Below are positions 39,460 to 53,003 of a stretch of 64,000 nt of DNA, piece after piece. Source of the DNA: Octopus vulgaris (lineage: Eukaryota); NCBI GenBank assembly GCA_951406725.2, contig OX597814.1, forward strand, positions 186,868,001 through 186,932,000, read 5' to 3'. A model generated the notes under the pieces. It was not told where the DNA came from, made no database searches, and worked only from the letters and a program-made list of their open reading frames with translations. Each line of letters begins with the position of its first letter. Positions within the stretch are counted from its first letter, which is position 1. A program made the position numbers and the translations under genes.

Positions 39460-40958
39460 TAGTGGTGCTGCTGAGAAAGGAACCAAACAAGGAGGGGTAT
39501 TTTAACATCAGGTCGGTAACTCTGTTAAATGCAGAGTTGAAGATGTTGACCTAAGTAACGCTTGTCGTCGATACTTTGATAGGTGAGGCACAGGTATGCA
39601 CCATACCAAATAGATCCATGCATGACAACTCCTACCTCACGCAAGGGGGAGTAAAGAACGTAACATATGTGGGATCCAGATCAATTTAGATCAGCCGACA
39701 GCTTTCGATAGAGTCGACCATCAAATACTTGGCTGTCCTCATGGCGGCTGGATCGCTACAATGTGCAGTAACATTTGTTCAATTGTCAGCTTTTGGAACC
39801 GGTCACGATTATGATTTCAGTTCGTGACGTCCCCTCTCTATGTACTGACCCTAGAGTCACTACTGCAAAAATCGTGATTTCGAGAGGCATGCGGCGTGAA
39901 CTAGGATGTATGAGATCCGTGTCGTTTATGCGAACAACGTCAACGTAATTTTGTTGGGCACCGAACACATCGAGGTGATCTGCAGTTCTTTAAGGAGAGA
40001 TAGAAGAAAAAATAAACCAGAAGTCGTTGGGACTGCAGCTCGGCACCTGGAGTTGCAGGTCCATACAATCCAACAGGGTTGTGGGGCGCTGGACGGACAA
40101 ACCTGTTAAACTGCTTTGGCTTTGTTTTGGTTTGGTCCAGATTTCCAAGTGGACAAGAACTGGGGAAAAGTGATGAAGGTGGCTAATCTCACCCAGAAAT
40201 GAGCTGGGAGGAAACTATCGTTAAAAGGCTGAGCAGAGATGAATGCCTACACTCTAACTGTCATCGACCACCGTTTGGCTGTCGTGCTTTGTCTTTCTGA
40301 CCAGAATGAAACACCTGCTCTTTCGCTTCCTGCGGAGAGGACGTGTTCCACTGCTCAGACGGTCCATTTGCTTTCAACTAGCCCTGCATGGAGGATTGGA
40401 TATGCCGTGATTTATTAATACACAGACATCCAATGAAGCTATGACCTCTCCTGTCGCCTTCCTCTGGAGGAAAGGCAGGAACTTTTCTGCTGGGGGTTAT
40501 GGCAAAAGAGGTATGGGATGCTACTGAAAGGACTGAAGACAGATACTTTCCTTTTCTGTCAAGTTCTTATCGACTTCTTGAAGTTCCACTTATAAAAGGA
40601 AAGTGAGGGTGGCGAGAGAGGTGATGTGCCCCAGTAAATTTGTAATAGTGGATATAGCGAGAATGGCCCAAAGGAATGGACAAATACTTAAGCATGCGTT
40701 TATAAGCTGAAACGTACGAAGAGATGAGAACTTGTGGTACTTCTGGTGAGCAGGGTGACTCGGAATATAGAGGGTTCTTTCGTCACACCTGGGTGTCATT
40801 TACCTTCTATTGAGGAATTTTGTTGAGATAATTCTCTTGTTAACTATCACTGTTTCTATTCTTTCCACGTGCTCATGTAAATATCTAGTATATTATCTTT
40901 GCATTGTCCTAAATGTATTTGCGTCCCTTGTGGCCAATAAATTATTATTATTATTATT
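39460..40958 (+). mobile_element. Degenerate L1/Tx1-like LINE 3' half
   Basis: VTLLNAELKML, INLDQ..AFDRVDH, YANNV and WFGPDFQ motifs; AATAAA followed by (TTA)n at ~40936-40958. Confidence 0.8.
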
Positions 40959-40959
40959 G

Positions 40960-41160
40960 AGGCGAGCTGGCAAAATCTTTAGCACGCCGGTCAAAATGCT
41001 TAGCGGCATTCCGTACGTCTTCATGTTCTGAGTTTAAATGTCACCAAGGTCGACTTCGCCTTTCATCCTTTCGGGGTCGATATAATAAATACTAGTGGAA
41101 CTCTGGGGTCGATGTAATCGAATTACCTCCTCCCCTCAAATTTCAGGCCTTTAGTAGAAT
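40960..41160 (+). mobile_element. SINE copy
   Basis: Same family as 59659-59888. Confidence 0.85.
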
Positions 41161-41454
41161 GGATGATTATTATTATTCAACGCTGTTTTGTTATGGGTTG
41201 TGTGTGTAATGCGAGCTGTGTTCTGTTGGGTATCCGGCCTGTAGAGTACATGTTATGGTGGTTGTTTATTTTACTTGATATTTACTGTATAAAGTGTCTT
41301 GTGTTTGTGGATTGTTTTGTTTGAGTTGCATTATTGAATTGATGGTGTCTTGCGTAGGATGTGGGCTGTTCTTAGCAGAGCTATTTATGAATAGTGTGTA
41401 GCGTTGCGGGTTCAGGTATAGTTTCTACGTTTTTGTTCTTATGTTGTTGCTGTC

Positions 41455-41924
41455 TTCTTCTTCTTCTTCCAATCAGGACTCACGCCATTAGCCACAAAGA
41501 ATAATCTCTAATTCGAGCCTACTCTATGCTACTAAGAATGCGTGTGGCAACTTGAAGATCCACCAACCGCAAACGATAGATTGGCGGTTGCACGAGCGCG
41601 AAAGCTACGTTGTTATCCTCATTCCGGCTTTTAACGGGTGGAGAGTTGAACCATCCTGGGATACAGAGGATTCGCAATCTAGACTAGAGTCTGAAAGTTT
41701 ACTACATCATAGTGGGTTACACCATGGTTCCTCTGCTTTATGGAAGAAGTAGGAAGAGAAGGTTATGGTGAAAGAGTACAGCGGGGTTCACACCACCTCG
41801 ACGGAGCCTCGTGGAACTTAGGTGTTTTTGCTCAATAAACACTCACAATACCCGGTCTGGGAATCGAAACCGCGTTCTTACGACCGCGAGTCCGCTGCCC
41901 TAACCACTGGGCCATTGCGCCTCC
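41455..41924 (-). mobile_element. Second tRNA-derived SINE family with (GAA)n tail
   Basis: Minus-strand tRNA-like head ggaggcgcaatggcccagtggttagggcagcggactcgcg..ggtttcgattcc (A and B boxes); tail at 41455-41469. Confidence 0.75.
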
Positions 41925-41947
41925 ACTGTTGTTGCTGTTGTTATTAT

Positions 41948-42990
41948 TGGTGAGCTGGCAGAATCGTTAGCAAACCGGGAGAAATGCTTAGCGGTATTTC
42001 GTCTGCCGTTACGTTCTGAGTTCAAATTCCGCCGAGGTCGACTTTGCCTTTCATCCTTTTGGGGACGATTAAATAAGTACCAGTTACGCACTGGGGTCGA
42101 TATAATCGACTTAATCCGTTTGTCCTCTCTGTGTTTAACTCCTTGTGAGTAGTAAAGAAATAGGAATTTCGTCTGTCTTGAAAGGCGGCGAGCTGGCAGA
42201 ATCGTTAGCACGCCGGGCAAAATGCTTTGTGGTACTTCGTCCGCCGCTGCGTTCTGAGTTCAAATTCCGCCGAGGTCGACTTTGCCTTTCATCCTTTCGG
42301 GGTCGATAAATTAAGCACCAGTCATGCCCTGGGGTCGATGTAATCGACTTAATCCGTTTGTTTGTCCTCTCTGTGTTTAGCCCCTTGTGGGTAGTAAAGA
42401 AATAGGTATTTCGTCCGCTGTTACGTTCTGGGTTCAAATTCTGCCGAGGCCGACTTTACCTTTCATTCTGTCGGGGTCAGTAAAATAAGTACCAGTTGAG
42501 TACTGGGATCAATGTAATCGACTATATCCCCTTCCCCCAAATTTCAGACCTTGTACCTATATTAGAAAGGTTATTATTATTATTGAGGCGGCACGCAGGC
42601 GAAATGCTTAGAAGTATTTCGTCCGTCTTTACGTTCTGAGTTCAAATTCCGCCGAGGTTGACTTTGCCTTTCATCCTTTCGGGGTCGATGAAATAAGTAC
42701 CGATGAAACAGTGGGGTCGATGTAATCGACTAACCCCTCCCCCAAAAAAATACTTCAAGTCCTGAGCCCATAGTAGAAAGGATTATTATTATTATTATTA
42801 TTATGAATGTGGCAAGTTGGCAGAATTATTTGCCTATCGAACAAAATAGCGATATTTTTTCCGTCGAGATCGACTTTGCTTTTCATTCTTTCGGGGTCGA
42901 TAACATAAGCATCTGTTGAGTACTGGGGTCAATGTAATCGACTGACCCACCTGAAACTGCTGGCCTTGTACTAAACTTTGAAATAATTTC
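41948..42990 (+). mobile_element. Head-to-tail array of about five SINE copies
   Basis: Copies start near 41948, 42184, 42405, 42586 and 42808, sharing gttcaaattccgccgaggtcgactttgcctttcatcc. Confidence 0.9.
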
Positions 42991-42998
42991 CCACCAGC

Positions 42999-45260
42999 AT
43001 GGCAGTTTTAGGAGTGGATTGCATAAATGCATGTGGCCTGGGGTTACCCTGGAAGCATAGGCGTCTGTTCAATGACCTCAGGTCACTAGCTATAGCTGTA
43101 ATAACCATGAACGAAATCAAAATTTGTGACACAGGTGCTATAGTCTCCATTTTTGATGACCAAGACCTGCGCATCTCTGAGTCGATCTGGAATGATAAGC
43201 GGAGTAGCAGTGTTATTTCGGAAAAGCCTGGGTCTCAAGAACCCGTACGAAAAGCTGGTGGCCCTGGATGTAAAATGTAGCGAAGGGTGAGCCTTTAGAC
43301 TAATGACTGTCTACGTTCTAACAGAGACAGAGCGACCAGATTTTTTTTGTGTGTGTCTGGAGGTTTTCCTCGAAACGTTCCGCCTTTTCTGTTAATGGCT
43401 GATTAGAAGGCCATCTTGGATGCACGTTTGGATTGTATAGGGCTAGCTGATAGAAATGATTGCAAAAGCCTCGCAAACCTGCACAAACGTTTCTAACTAT
43501 CTGACAGGTATCGACTGAATTTTCCGAGTGCACCGATGTGAATATGGGCAAACAGCACTGAGACATCCAGATCATATCTAGACAGCATTCTGTAGGTCAG
43601 CAGAAAAAAATGAGCATAAAGTGTTCAGAATTGAGTTTTGTTGGCCATACAGACTATATATTTGTGATTTGTATTGTCGAACTAGATACCTGGTTACTGA
43701 AAACTGAAAATGCTGCTTCCGGCGTGCTAAGTTCACAAATACCAGATTAGAGACCTAGATAAGCGGGCACTGACGGAGGCAATCGTCAGCAAACGATGGT
43801 GGTTATCCCTGAAATAGGCTATCATAGTCAGTAAGTAGTGACAGAGAATTCTAAAATAGAATGACAGCTAGTTACGAACCTAGAAGAGACGTTTAAGAAA
43901 GGCATTGATATGCTGGCGGTAAGATTGTCCCTTGACCAATTCTTCAACGCTAAGCACGAAGATTGTGTTGTCGAAGCTAGAGCGCGCGTTCTAAGGCATG
44001 CGGGAACGGAAGCCGTTTGATGGGCCCATGTAGAAGAGGCACAACAGGGCAATTAAACCACAATCCAATTTTTGACGAATCAGGAGGGGCACATGCTACA
44101 CGATTCCTAACAGATGTGTGTGGATTTTCAGTGACACTTCACTCAACTATTTGGGGCTGACGTTGGGCTGAAGACAGAGGTGTACTTTGCCACCTACTTA
44201 GCAACCTATCATCACTCTAGGATAGGGATGTGGAGTTATGCGAAAGGCTGGTAACAACTGATGGAATACAGGAGGCGATGACTGGAGCCTGTAGGATGGA
44301 GAGAACGGACAGAAGAGGTGTCATTGGCGATCAGTGTTCCGGAATTAGTTGGGGTTCTTGATCACCTTATTTTGGTCGGAATATTCATGTTATAATTTTC
44401 TGGTTAACTCAAAGAAAACTGTCCCTGAAAGGTGGGGCAGAGGTAACGAACATCGCTTCTGTCATATATTATTGCTTGACCTTCATCACTAGCTCCAGTT
44501 CACGTATGACTGTACTAGGACACTTACTCTTTCGCATTCTACTTGGTCAGGCACTCCATTAGCAGTCAACGTCCTTGACAGTGAGCGGGTGTGATCACTA
44601 TTTGTCAGATGGGTATTTCCACGGCTCATTTCTTAAAAGGGTTGTAGTCCTTGGTCAAGCAAAGACCAAGACAGGACAGCTGGCGTCTGGAATGTCATCA
44701 AACGCACACAGCTATCTACCAGTTGGGCAATGCAATCAGTAGAAGTTCCACTTAGGCGTTCTATAGAGATAGGCAAGAGCATTATTCTCATAGACTCAGT
44801 ACACCAAGGAAAATTAACTTACTGGTCTGTTCTGGATGACTTTTAGGCAGGGGCCAATGCATAATTGCCAGAAATCTCTGGCCTAGCAGTGCAACCAGGG
44901 GTGGTAGTCATTTCGAAAAAATTTAACTTTTCTAATCCTTTTCATGGCTTAATCTGAGAATGAAGTACAGTATCCTGTGACTGTTTTCAGGTCTTCAAAA
45001 ACTGGTTGGATGAAAAGGTTATCATCAGATCAGAGATCTAGTCCAAACATTTCAGGCGCAAGAATACTGTCATCCAGGCTTGTCCGTGATGTGTGCAGAG
45101 CAATGAAACTGTTCTGCATGCACTCATCCAGTACCCAAGCACTACTGACTAGTAGAGTTATGTCAAACACATGCTTTCATAGGAGGGACAGAACCAGCCA
45201 TCAGCTATGTCCATTGTGAAGATTGCCTTCGTAAGTAAAAGAGGTCTTAGAGAAAGAGGA
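42999..45260 (+). mobile_element. Highly degenerate L1/Tx1-like ORF2
   Basis: MAVLGVDCINACGL endonuclease-like start; later KLSLKG and Zn-knuckle-region relics resembling 30421-32375. Confidence 0.7.
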
Positions 45261-46547
45261 TATTTGGTGGAACACAGAAACTACAAGAGATTCATTAATA
45301 CAATCAGGTGTAGTATGTCAGAAAAAAAAAACCTACTTTACTAAAAATTATACTATTACATTATTCTGAAATAGTACTTTTTTGACAGATATGCCAATTA
45401 ATAATGTAACTTAATTTTGTTTGCCGTCTGTTTATTCCAGTTTCTTCTATTTCCCTCAAGTTAAAAGTATGCTTAGCTATATCTGAATGGCATGCATGTC
45501 ACTTTGATGTTATTGCATTAGACAGACAGACAGACAGATAGATATAAATAAAACCCAGGGAAAGTCAATCTGTAACAAGAGAATTCCTTAAATCAGTGAC
45601 CTCGGCTGTAACATGATAAAATTAGCATAAACCAGCTATGAGATTCATATTAGTAGAAACTTGTAGGAATTATAAAACAGCTTGAGTTTTGGAATAATTG
45701 AAGTTATGTATTGAAAATTCAAGTGCAGAAATAATACAGGGGAAAAACATAAAAATGAAGAGAATCAGTTTCATGCTGAATAGATATATCTTAGTTTACA
45801 TTTGGCTAAACAATACCAAGATTTTGATAAGCTAACTGTGGATTATTTTATAATCTTAGCTAAAGCTATAGCCTCGCATATTACTTGAAGTTCAGTTGAA
45901 ATTAGTAAATTACAAAAAAGAGTATAATTTAATACAAAAATGAAAGCGTATGAAGTTAGGGAGACTGGGATTTCTTATGTTCTTGAAGGCTACTAGATAT
46001 TTTGAATTTTCTTACTTTTTCGTGGTTTAATCAGAGAATGAAGGACAGCATTTATGACTGTTTATTGGTAGGAAGAAAAAAAGAAGCTATCAGACCAGAG
46101 ACCTAGTCCAAATGCTAGTAACACTGACAACTCTCCTAAAGGCACTCATGGCCCAAGTAAAGGTGTTAAAACAGGCAACTGATTGAGTATACCACCTAAA
46201 ACAGTAATAATCCCTCTGATAGGCTGCTACAGATTTCCCCTACCAGTATTTTACTCACAACACTTTAATCAACCTGAGGTGACACACAATGGGATTGAAC
46301 TTAAAATTACAATTTCAAAACATGTTAGCCATACCTAATTGAGGGATAAGGATAGCTTGGTGAAGTAGAAGATCAGCTAAGTGAGGGGAATATATATGCT
46401 AGGATGATTGCCTCTGGAGAGGCAGAGTTGAGGAAAGTATTCACTATACTCAGACAAGATGCATAAGAAGAATAACAAAAGAAGCAAGTTCATCAAACAA
46501 GTTTTGGTGGGATAGAGATAGGGCCTTCAGACTTAAGTGCCAAATGT

Positions 46548-46786
46548 AATGTCATGGAACTTCTTGTGTGAATTGCTTTATTGCAGTGTCCATTGAGACT
46601 CCAGCTGTCCTGTTAGCTAGTTGGTAACAGCTCTGCTGTTTCTGTACTCATTACTCTTAGCAGCATATGTGCTTCATTGGCTACACACATACACACTCAG
46701 TTACATGATAGCTATGCAGGTATATCTTAAAGATCAGTTATATCCCATTCTCTTTTTTAGTGGGTCTGCTTGCTAAACACATACAT
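46548..46786 (+). repeat. Left arm of a perfect 239-bp inverted repeat
   Basis: Reverse complement of 48015-48253, compared in 10-nt blocks with no mismatch found. Confidence 0.97.
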
Positions 46787-48014
46787 ATAGTTTTTTTTTC
46801 AGGCCAGACTCCACTACTACATTGGATGTAACCAGTTTTTATTTATTTACATATTCAACACAAAATAGCAGTATTATAAGCAAATTATTTACTTACAACT
46901 AAAACAACAAGAAAAAAGGCAAAGTTTCAACACTTTATTAATTTAAAAATAAAATACTACAATTTACGATATGCACCACAGTAAATCCAGCACTGGAAAA
47001 GGAAAAAAGTACTTTCTCAAGTACATGTTTATACTATCTAATGGTTAATCTGAACCAGGATAAACTGTTGTAACAACAGTAAATAAGAGAAGAATTCAGT
47101 GTATTTGTGGTCAAGTGGTTGTAGTTTGCTAGGATTTGAAGGTTTTCTGTACATTGTCAAAAATGTGTAAAGTTAGAAACGTTGTTGTAAATCACAAAAA
47201 TCCAGAGGACCAAATCATATTTCTTGTTTCTATAGTATTAACCAAGACAAAAGATAACTCTTGAATATGATTCTGAGTTATTGCTTGAGCTTTCCCCATA
47301 ACCCAACACTACAAGTGATCTCAGCACAACTACTAATGAATTACTCAATTATAGTACTGCAATAAATTATATTACCTATTTATAGATAGGAAGCCTTTAC
47401 AGACACTTTGCTAGAAAGAGCAGCCAAATCCCTCTCAGAGCATAATTTAGTATCTTACACAAGACAAGATGGTCATTGATATGCTTTGACTATTTATCTG
47501 CTCAGTTAGGGATCTCAACAACTTAGCTGAATTTGTTAAGTTACATATTTTTGCTAATATAGCACTGATGGCCAGATACAAACTACCATCTTCTGAACTA
47601 GTCATCTTGACTGACTGACTTGTGCTGTCACTTTGTAGATAGTCAATAAAAAAAGAAATAAATGAAAATATATTCTGGCCATAAGAAGCAAATCCAGCCT
47701 CTCTGATATAGTCTTAGCTATATTATGAGGGGTCACTATAGAAAGTTAATGATTATAAAGTCTTTTGGGAAGAGCAGAATATTTTAGATGTATGCTGTTC
47801 ATAGGTAGAAATATAGTATCATATGCAAGTTTATAAGTATCCATAGTATTTGTCTTTCTGTACCATTAACTGAAACAATGTTGTAGCTCTGCTGCAGGAT
47901 ATTTTTGAAGTTTTGGGTCATAGAGATTATACATGCTAAGTAAAAGGTGTAGTAGTTGCATGAAGATGAACCCAAAGCATGGAAAGTTAGGCAGAAGATA
48001 TGATTTTCATAAAA

Positions 48015-48253
48015 ATGTATGTGTTTAGCAAGCAGACCCACTAAAAAAGAGAATGGGATATAACTGATCTTTAAGATATACCTGCATAGCTATCATGTAA
48101 CTGAGTGTGTATGTGTGTAGCCAATGAAGCACATATGCTGCTAAGAGTAATGAGTACAGAAACAGCAGAGCTGTTACCAACTAGCTAACAGGACAGCTGG
48201 AGTCTCAATGGACACTGCAATAAAGCAATTCACACAAGAAGTTCCATGACATT
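48015..48253 (-). repeat. Right arm of a perfect 239-bp inverted repeat
   Basis: Reverse complement of 46548-46786. Confidence 0.97.
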
Positions 48254-50928
48254 TTGAATGAGTTTTAAAAGAGTAAATCATGTTTTAACACTAATGTCAA
48301 GTACTTTGCTAACCCTGTTGATGTTCTATAGATGTTCATACTCTGATGATAGAATGATTACTGAGACAAAATTTCTTGCAAGTTGAAATTCAGAATTTTC
48401 TTTTCATAACATATTTTAACATGAAAGTGAACCCCCAAAACGCTTCTCTCATTAGAAAAGGTGTTAATGGTTGTCACTGACTCCCATTTGTAAGGAAAAG
48501 AAGCAGCAATCCTCTATGAGCTAAAGAGAGTGTCAAAGAGTAATGCAAATTACAAGTTAAGAAGCAGATTAAATAGTGAGAAGAGGGAATTAGGACCATT
48601 GCAATACTCAAAGCTATAGATTTTGAGTAAGTGACACTAAAACAAATTCCATATTAAGACATACACAATCTCTTTTATGTCATTTGATCAAAGTATCTAA
48701 AATGTTCACTGAAAATGGAAGCAATAATAGCATAGAAATTCAGGTGTAAAACTAAAATTTAAAAAAAAACTGTGACAATTATCCCACTATCTCTCTCTCT
48801 CTTCACGCAAAGAATAGACTGTATGAGGTGCACATAAAAGATAATGTTTATTTGAAACATTGGAAGTTAGTGTAGAGGAAATGCTTTTGACTGACAAGGA
48901 ATGACTTAATTATGGGCTGTTGAATGTTCAAAGTTGATTTACAAAGAAGGCTGAATGCAAGTGATAATTGAATATAATCGTAGATTTCAAGATTAATGGT
49001 AGCCTGTATCAACAGCAGTCAACAGAGTAGAAGCAAAACATGAGGTATGTTATGCTGATATTTTAGATGAATAGGACTGAGAATAGCAGCTCTGTTCATT
49101 TTAAATAGTGATTTTTGAGTACCAAAAAATTGTCTTAACATGTAATAAAACAAAAACAGTATAGTTCCAATATTTCTTTAATGATTTTAAAGTAGATGTT
49201 CAAAATTTTGTGAATTTCTAAATTGCATTATAATTTAACAGATTGAATCAAATGACAACCAAACCTTTTTACCCAATAAAGTTAAAAAGAGAAATAAGCT
49301 AAATTGCATTAAAGCCATAACCATAAAGTTTCATCTCCAAATGTTCTACTATTTATTTAAACATCTAATGAAAATAGAATTTAAATGAACACAAAATACA
49401 AATAATTTCATAGAATATGCAAAGATCAATTCATTTAAAAGTTTATTATTAAAGCAAGATGGAGAAACAAACTGAAGGCAAGATGTTTGGAGGACTGAGA
49501 TGGCTGGAGACCTCACAGGAAGACTCATCGGAGGACCTCTTAGATATACAAAAATATGCTTACATTTTGATAGCAATTGTTTTCTCTCCATAGAAGACAG
49601 TGATATGAATAATTAGTCAAAGGGAACCTCTGCATATTCAATAAATTGAGATAGTCACGGCTGGAGTGCCTGTGGTCATAGATCTGCTCAATCAGAGCTG
49701 ATATGATATTAAACAATTCTTTAGAATTTCAGAAATTGTTTAGAAAACCATTTCATATAGCATTCTGTATATATTACTTAACATGAATATACTGTAGAAA
49801 AGTACACAACTGTGTATCCATCTCTAGACACTAAAAAGCACATAAGATTATCAGTAGCAGGCAAAAAAAAATATCATTTTTCAACTCAAAAAATAAATTT
49901 TCATTCTTAATAGAAAAACTTTTTATATTTAGTTTTGTTTAAAATGGATATTTGATTAACAGTATGACACCAATAAAAAAAATAATAAAAATCAACAAAT
50001 ACGACCTGACCTGTGACCAAAAATATTTGAATATCTTTTTTAATGTTGTATGTTATTTGAACAAAAATTGAATATATGAAATCAAAGCACTCAAAATAAT
50101 CAGGAAATACAAGGTTTAAATACAAGATTTGCAGTAAATATTTTCTAAAGCTGGAAAGAAGTGATAATTGAATAATTTTAGCTATTTTAACATTTATAAA
50201 ATAATCCTATTAAAAATATATTATATTGGTTCCTGAGATTTGATATAAGTACTTGGTGTAGGTATTTGTCCTGCAGTTATCTTCATAAGACTATGATATG
50301 GATTGATACAAACTGACATAATTCATTTTAGATGTAAGCTTCATTAGCCATCTTCCAGGATTAATTAGTTTCACTCCCTTAAACTTAGTTTTTTCCTTAA
50401 GATTTTATTTTTACCTTCTCAGCAAGTGACTAAGCTTTTCACAAGTCAGTGATGTAAAAATAATACCTTCATGAATGGCTAAATTATACTTGTGTTTGTT
50501 ATATTATCAATTACACCATAAAGAGTATTTTACAGATGCTTTTATATAAATTATTCAGTTTTAAAAATATTTGAAATCAAATTGCCAACTACAATTACAA
50601 AGTTTGATTCCTAATTCAAAGAAAAATATAGATGGATCAAGTAAAGGATAATGTATGTAATGATGAACGTAAAAGACTTTTAATTGAAATTTTAAGAAAG
50701 AAACCAAAAATCTAGCAGTTAGTGACTCTCAAAGAACAAGAAGACCACAAAAATATAAGTATGTGAATTAACATTCTTGTAAAATTAATTTTTAATTTCT
50801 TGAAATTATTTCCCTTTGTTTTACATGTAACTAATAATTATTGCTAGAGTACTTTCTCTAATTAAGAGGTAATTTTTTTTATATATTGAGAATTTTTTTC
50901 ATATATCATTCAGAACATCATTTCTTAC

Positions 50929-51014
50929 CTGATCTGTCTAAAATTCATACCATTGGCCTTCTTGAACCATTTCCTTTGGCTCATTCTATTCAGTACAGTG
51001 TGGTCAAATGTTAC
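50929..51014 (-). CDS. Candidate internal exon (VTFDHTVLNRMSQRKWFKKANGMNFRQI, phase 0 to 2)
   Basis: Acceptor attattag, strong donor CAG|gtaaga; only frame 0 is open, matching the phase-0 donor at 52101. Confidence 0.4.
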
Positions 51015-52100
51015 CTAATAATCTCATACAGTCAGGTGAAGTTATGAACTTTACTATTTTTATAATCTGTTTTTATTTGGACCAATATCTGTCATTATGG
51101 CAATATGTACAAGAATTAAAAAGGCTCTTTGTCTTAGTTCCTTTTGCTTTCTACAGTGACTTGTTGCTGCTCAACAGGATATAGTGACCTGTTGCTGCTC
51201 AAAACACTGGCTGTTATTTCATTCACATTTTAATTTACATAACAATACACATTAAACTGAAAAATCAACTGCTACATTTCTATTTCCATCAGGTTGCAAA
51301 TATGTATGTTATTTTCCTTTGTGTTACTTCTGCCATATTATATGTGATCATCAATGTGCAAAATGCAAAAGGAATAGTAATTTATGAACAAATCTATAGT
51401 TTCTTACAATATATAAATCAACAATGACTTCTATATATGAACAATTATATATTTCCTGCAAAGACATACATAAACCTTACTTTTATCATTATAATTTGAA
51501 ACTTATTTTTTCAGGCATGAACAACTGTCCACTTTCAAACCTGTACATCAGACCCTGGAAGAACTCATGCTGTTTAATTACCTTAAAATTATGGAAGAGT
51601 CTATCTTTCAAGTGGTATTTTGAAAATATAGGAAAACTCATACAACTTTATCATTATCTCTAAACATCCTTAAATTTAAACGACACAAAGCAAACTAAAT
51701 TCTATGATCAGGCCAAACCCTACATGCTAAATCAAATTGCTCAGCTTTTTGGATTTGATAAATATAAGTAATATAACAGGATAAAAAGATATAATGTAAA
51801 AACCAGATTCATTTTTGATATGTTGAATTCTGAGCTCACCAGAACTCTGTGGTCAGAATTTTGCTCCATCAAAGCAGATTGAGAGTATTTGATTAAGTTA
51901 AAAGAAAGATTGAAAGAATTAGTATTAAAAGAAATATTAGTTACAAAGAAGTATAAATACATATAAGAAAACTGTAAATAATAAAGTTGAGTAATGAAGA
52001 GAGGGAAGACATTAACAGAAAGAAGTGGAATTCAAAACTTAACTGGTTTTATTTTCTGTTAGAGCTGTTAAAACAATAATAATAATAAACTCTCACTTAC

Positions 52101-52343
52101 TTGGTTTAATAGGTTCATAGTAATATTCCTGAATTGTATATTATCCATTTGGTTAGTTGTTTCAAACCAACTGATCCATCCATCAATAGACAGATAGTAA
52201 AGAAAGTAGAGGCAACTGTTCCCACTCCGGGACAATGTATGTAAATTTAGATTAAGATCGTATCTATATAGCTCATTCAGCTTTCTTGAAGCTATCAGTC
52301 TTGTTTTTTCATCCATTATTAAATATTGTTGAGTAATGCTTAC
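52101..52343 (-). CDS. Candidate 243-nt exon containing MDEKTRLIASRKLNELYRY...NITMNLLNQ
   Basis: Acceptor tttatttgtag, donor CAA|gtaagt, 81 open codons, ATG at 52316; no family recognised. Confidence 0.5.
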
Positions 52344-53003
52344 CTACAAATAAATTTTCAACAACAAAACTTTAAGAAGATAGACAAGAAATAATATTTC
52401 TCTAAAATGTTTTGTCTTTTAACTGAATGATGGAATAAAAACATTTCAAAATCAACAGAATCAAAATAAATTTCTCAAAAAAAGAAAAAAAAATGTCAGT
52501 TATTTAGTTGAGTATAAATTATGACATTGATAATTAGTAATACTCTGATACTGCCTTTCTATTTGACATAACACTATTCATTTCACCAGTTTTTTATGGC
52601 ATATTTTTTTCAGAAGGGGCACTTACTGACATTATATACCAAAATCTTTTGTTATTTTACTGTGTCTAAAAACAGTTCTTATTGTTAATTTTCTGAAAAT
52701 ATTATTTCAACCTTGAATGTGTTTTCTGTTTGCTTTGAAAGTAATACAATCAGTTAATTATTATCAAACACTTCTAGGTACATATAAAAATGCCTCATAT
52801 GACAGTTTACCTACTTTTTCCAAGATATTTTCTACCAAAATATGATGTGTTTTTGAAAAAGGGCCTAGGTTTTGCTGGGTAATTTTGAAACACTTTTTCA
52901 TTTCATCCACTCAACAAATACTGACTAAACCAGTTGCAACAATTAGGTTAAAATGATATACTGACTTACCAATCTTTTGTAATAAATTCTAAGAAAATGA
53001 TAC

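Noticed and set aside
41850-41924. Possible tRNA gene
   Set aside because: It continues into a SINE body and (GAA)n tail and lacks a clean acceptor stem and terminator; treated as a SINE head.
41948-42990. Regularly spaced repeats resembling a CRISPR-like array
   Set aside because: The units are ~200-bp SINE copies with no unique spacers and no cas genes; the DNA is eukaryotic.
46787-48014. Spacer of the inverted repeat as a transposase or recombinase cassette
   Set aside because: Only a short AT-biased ORF (47799-48041) with no recognisable motifs; no TSD flanks the arms.
49459-49593. 44-codon plus-strand sORF MEKQTEGKMFGGLRW...YILIAIVFSP with good start context
   Set aside because: No promoter, splice or homology support; this length is expected by chance.
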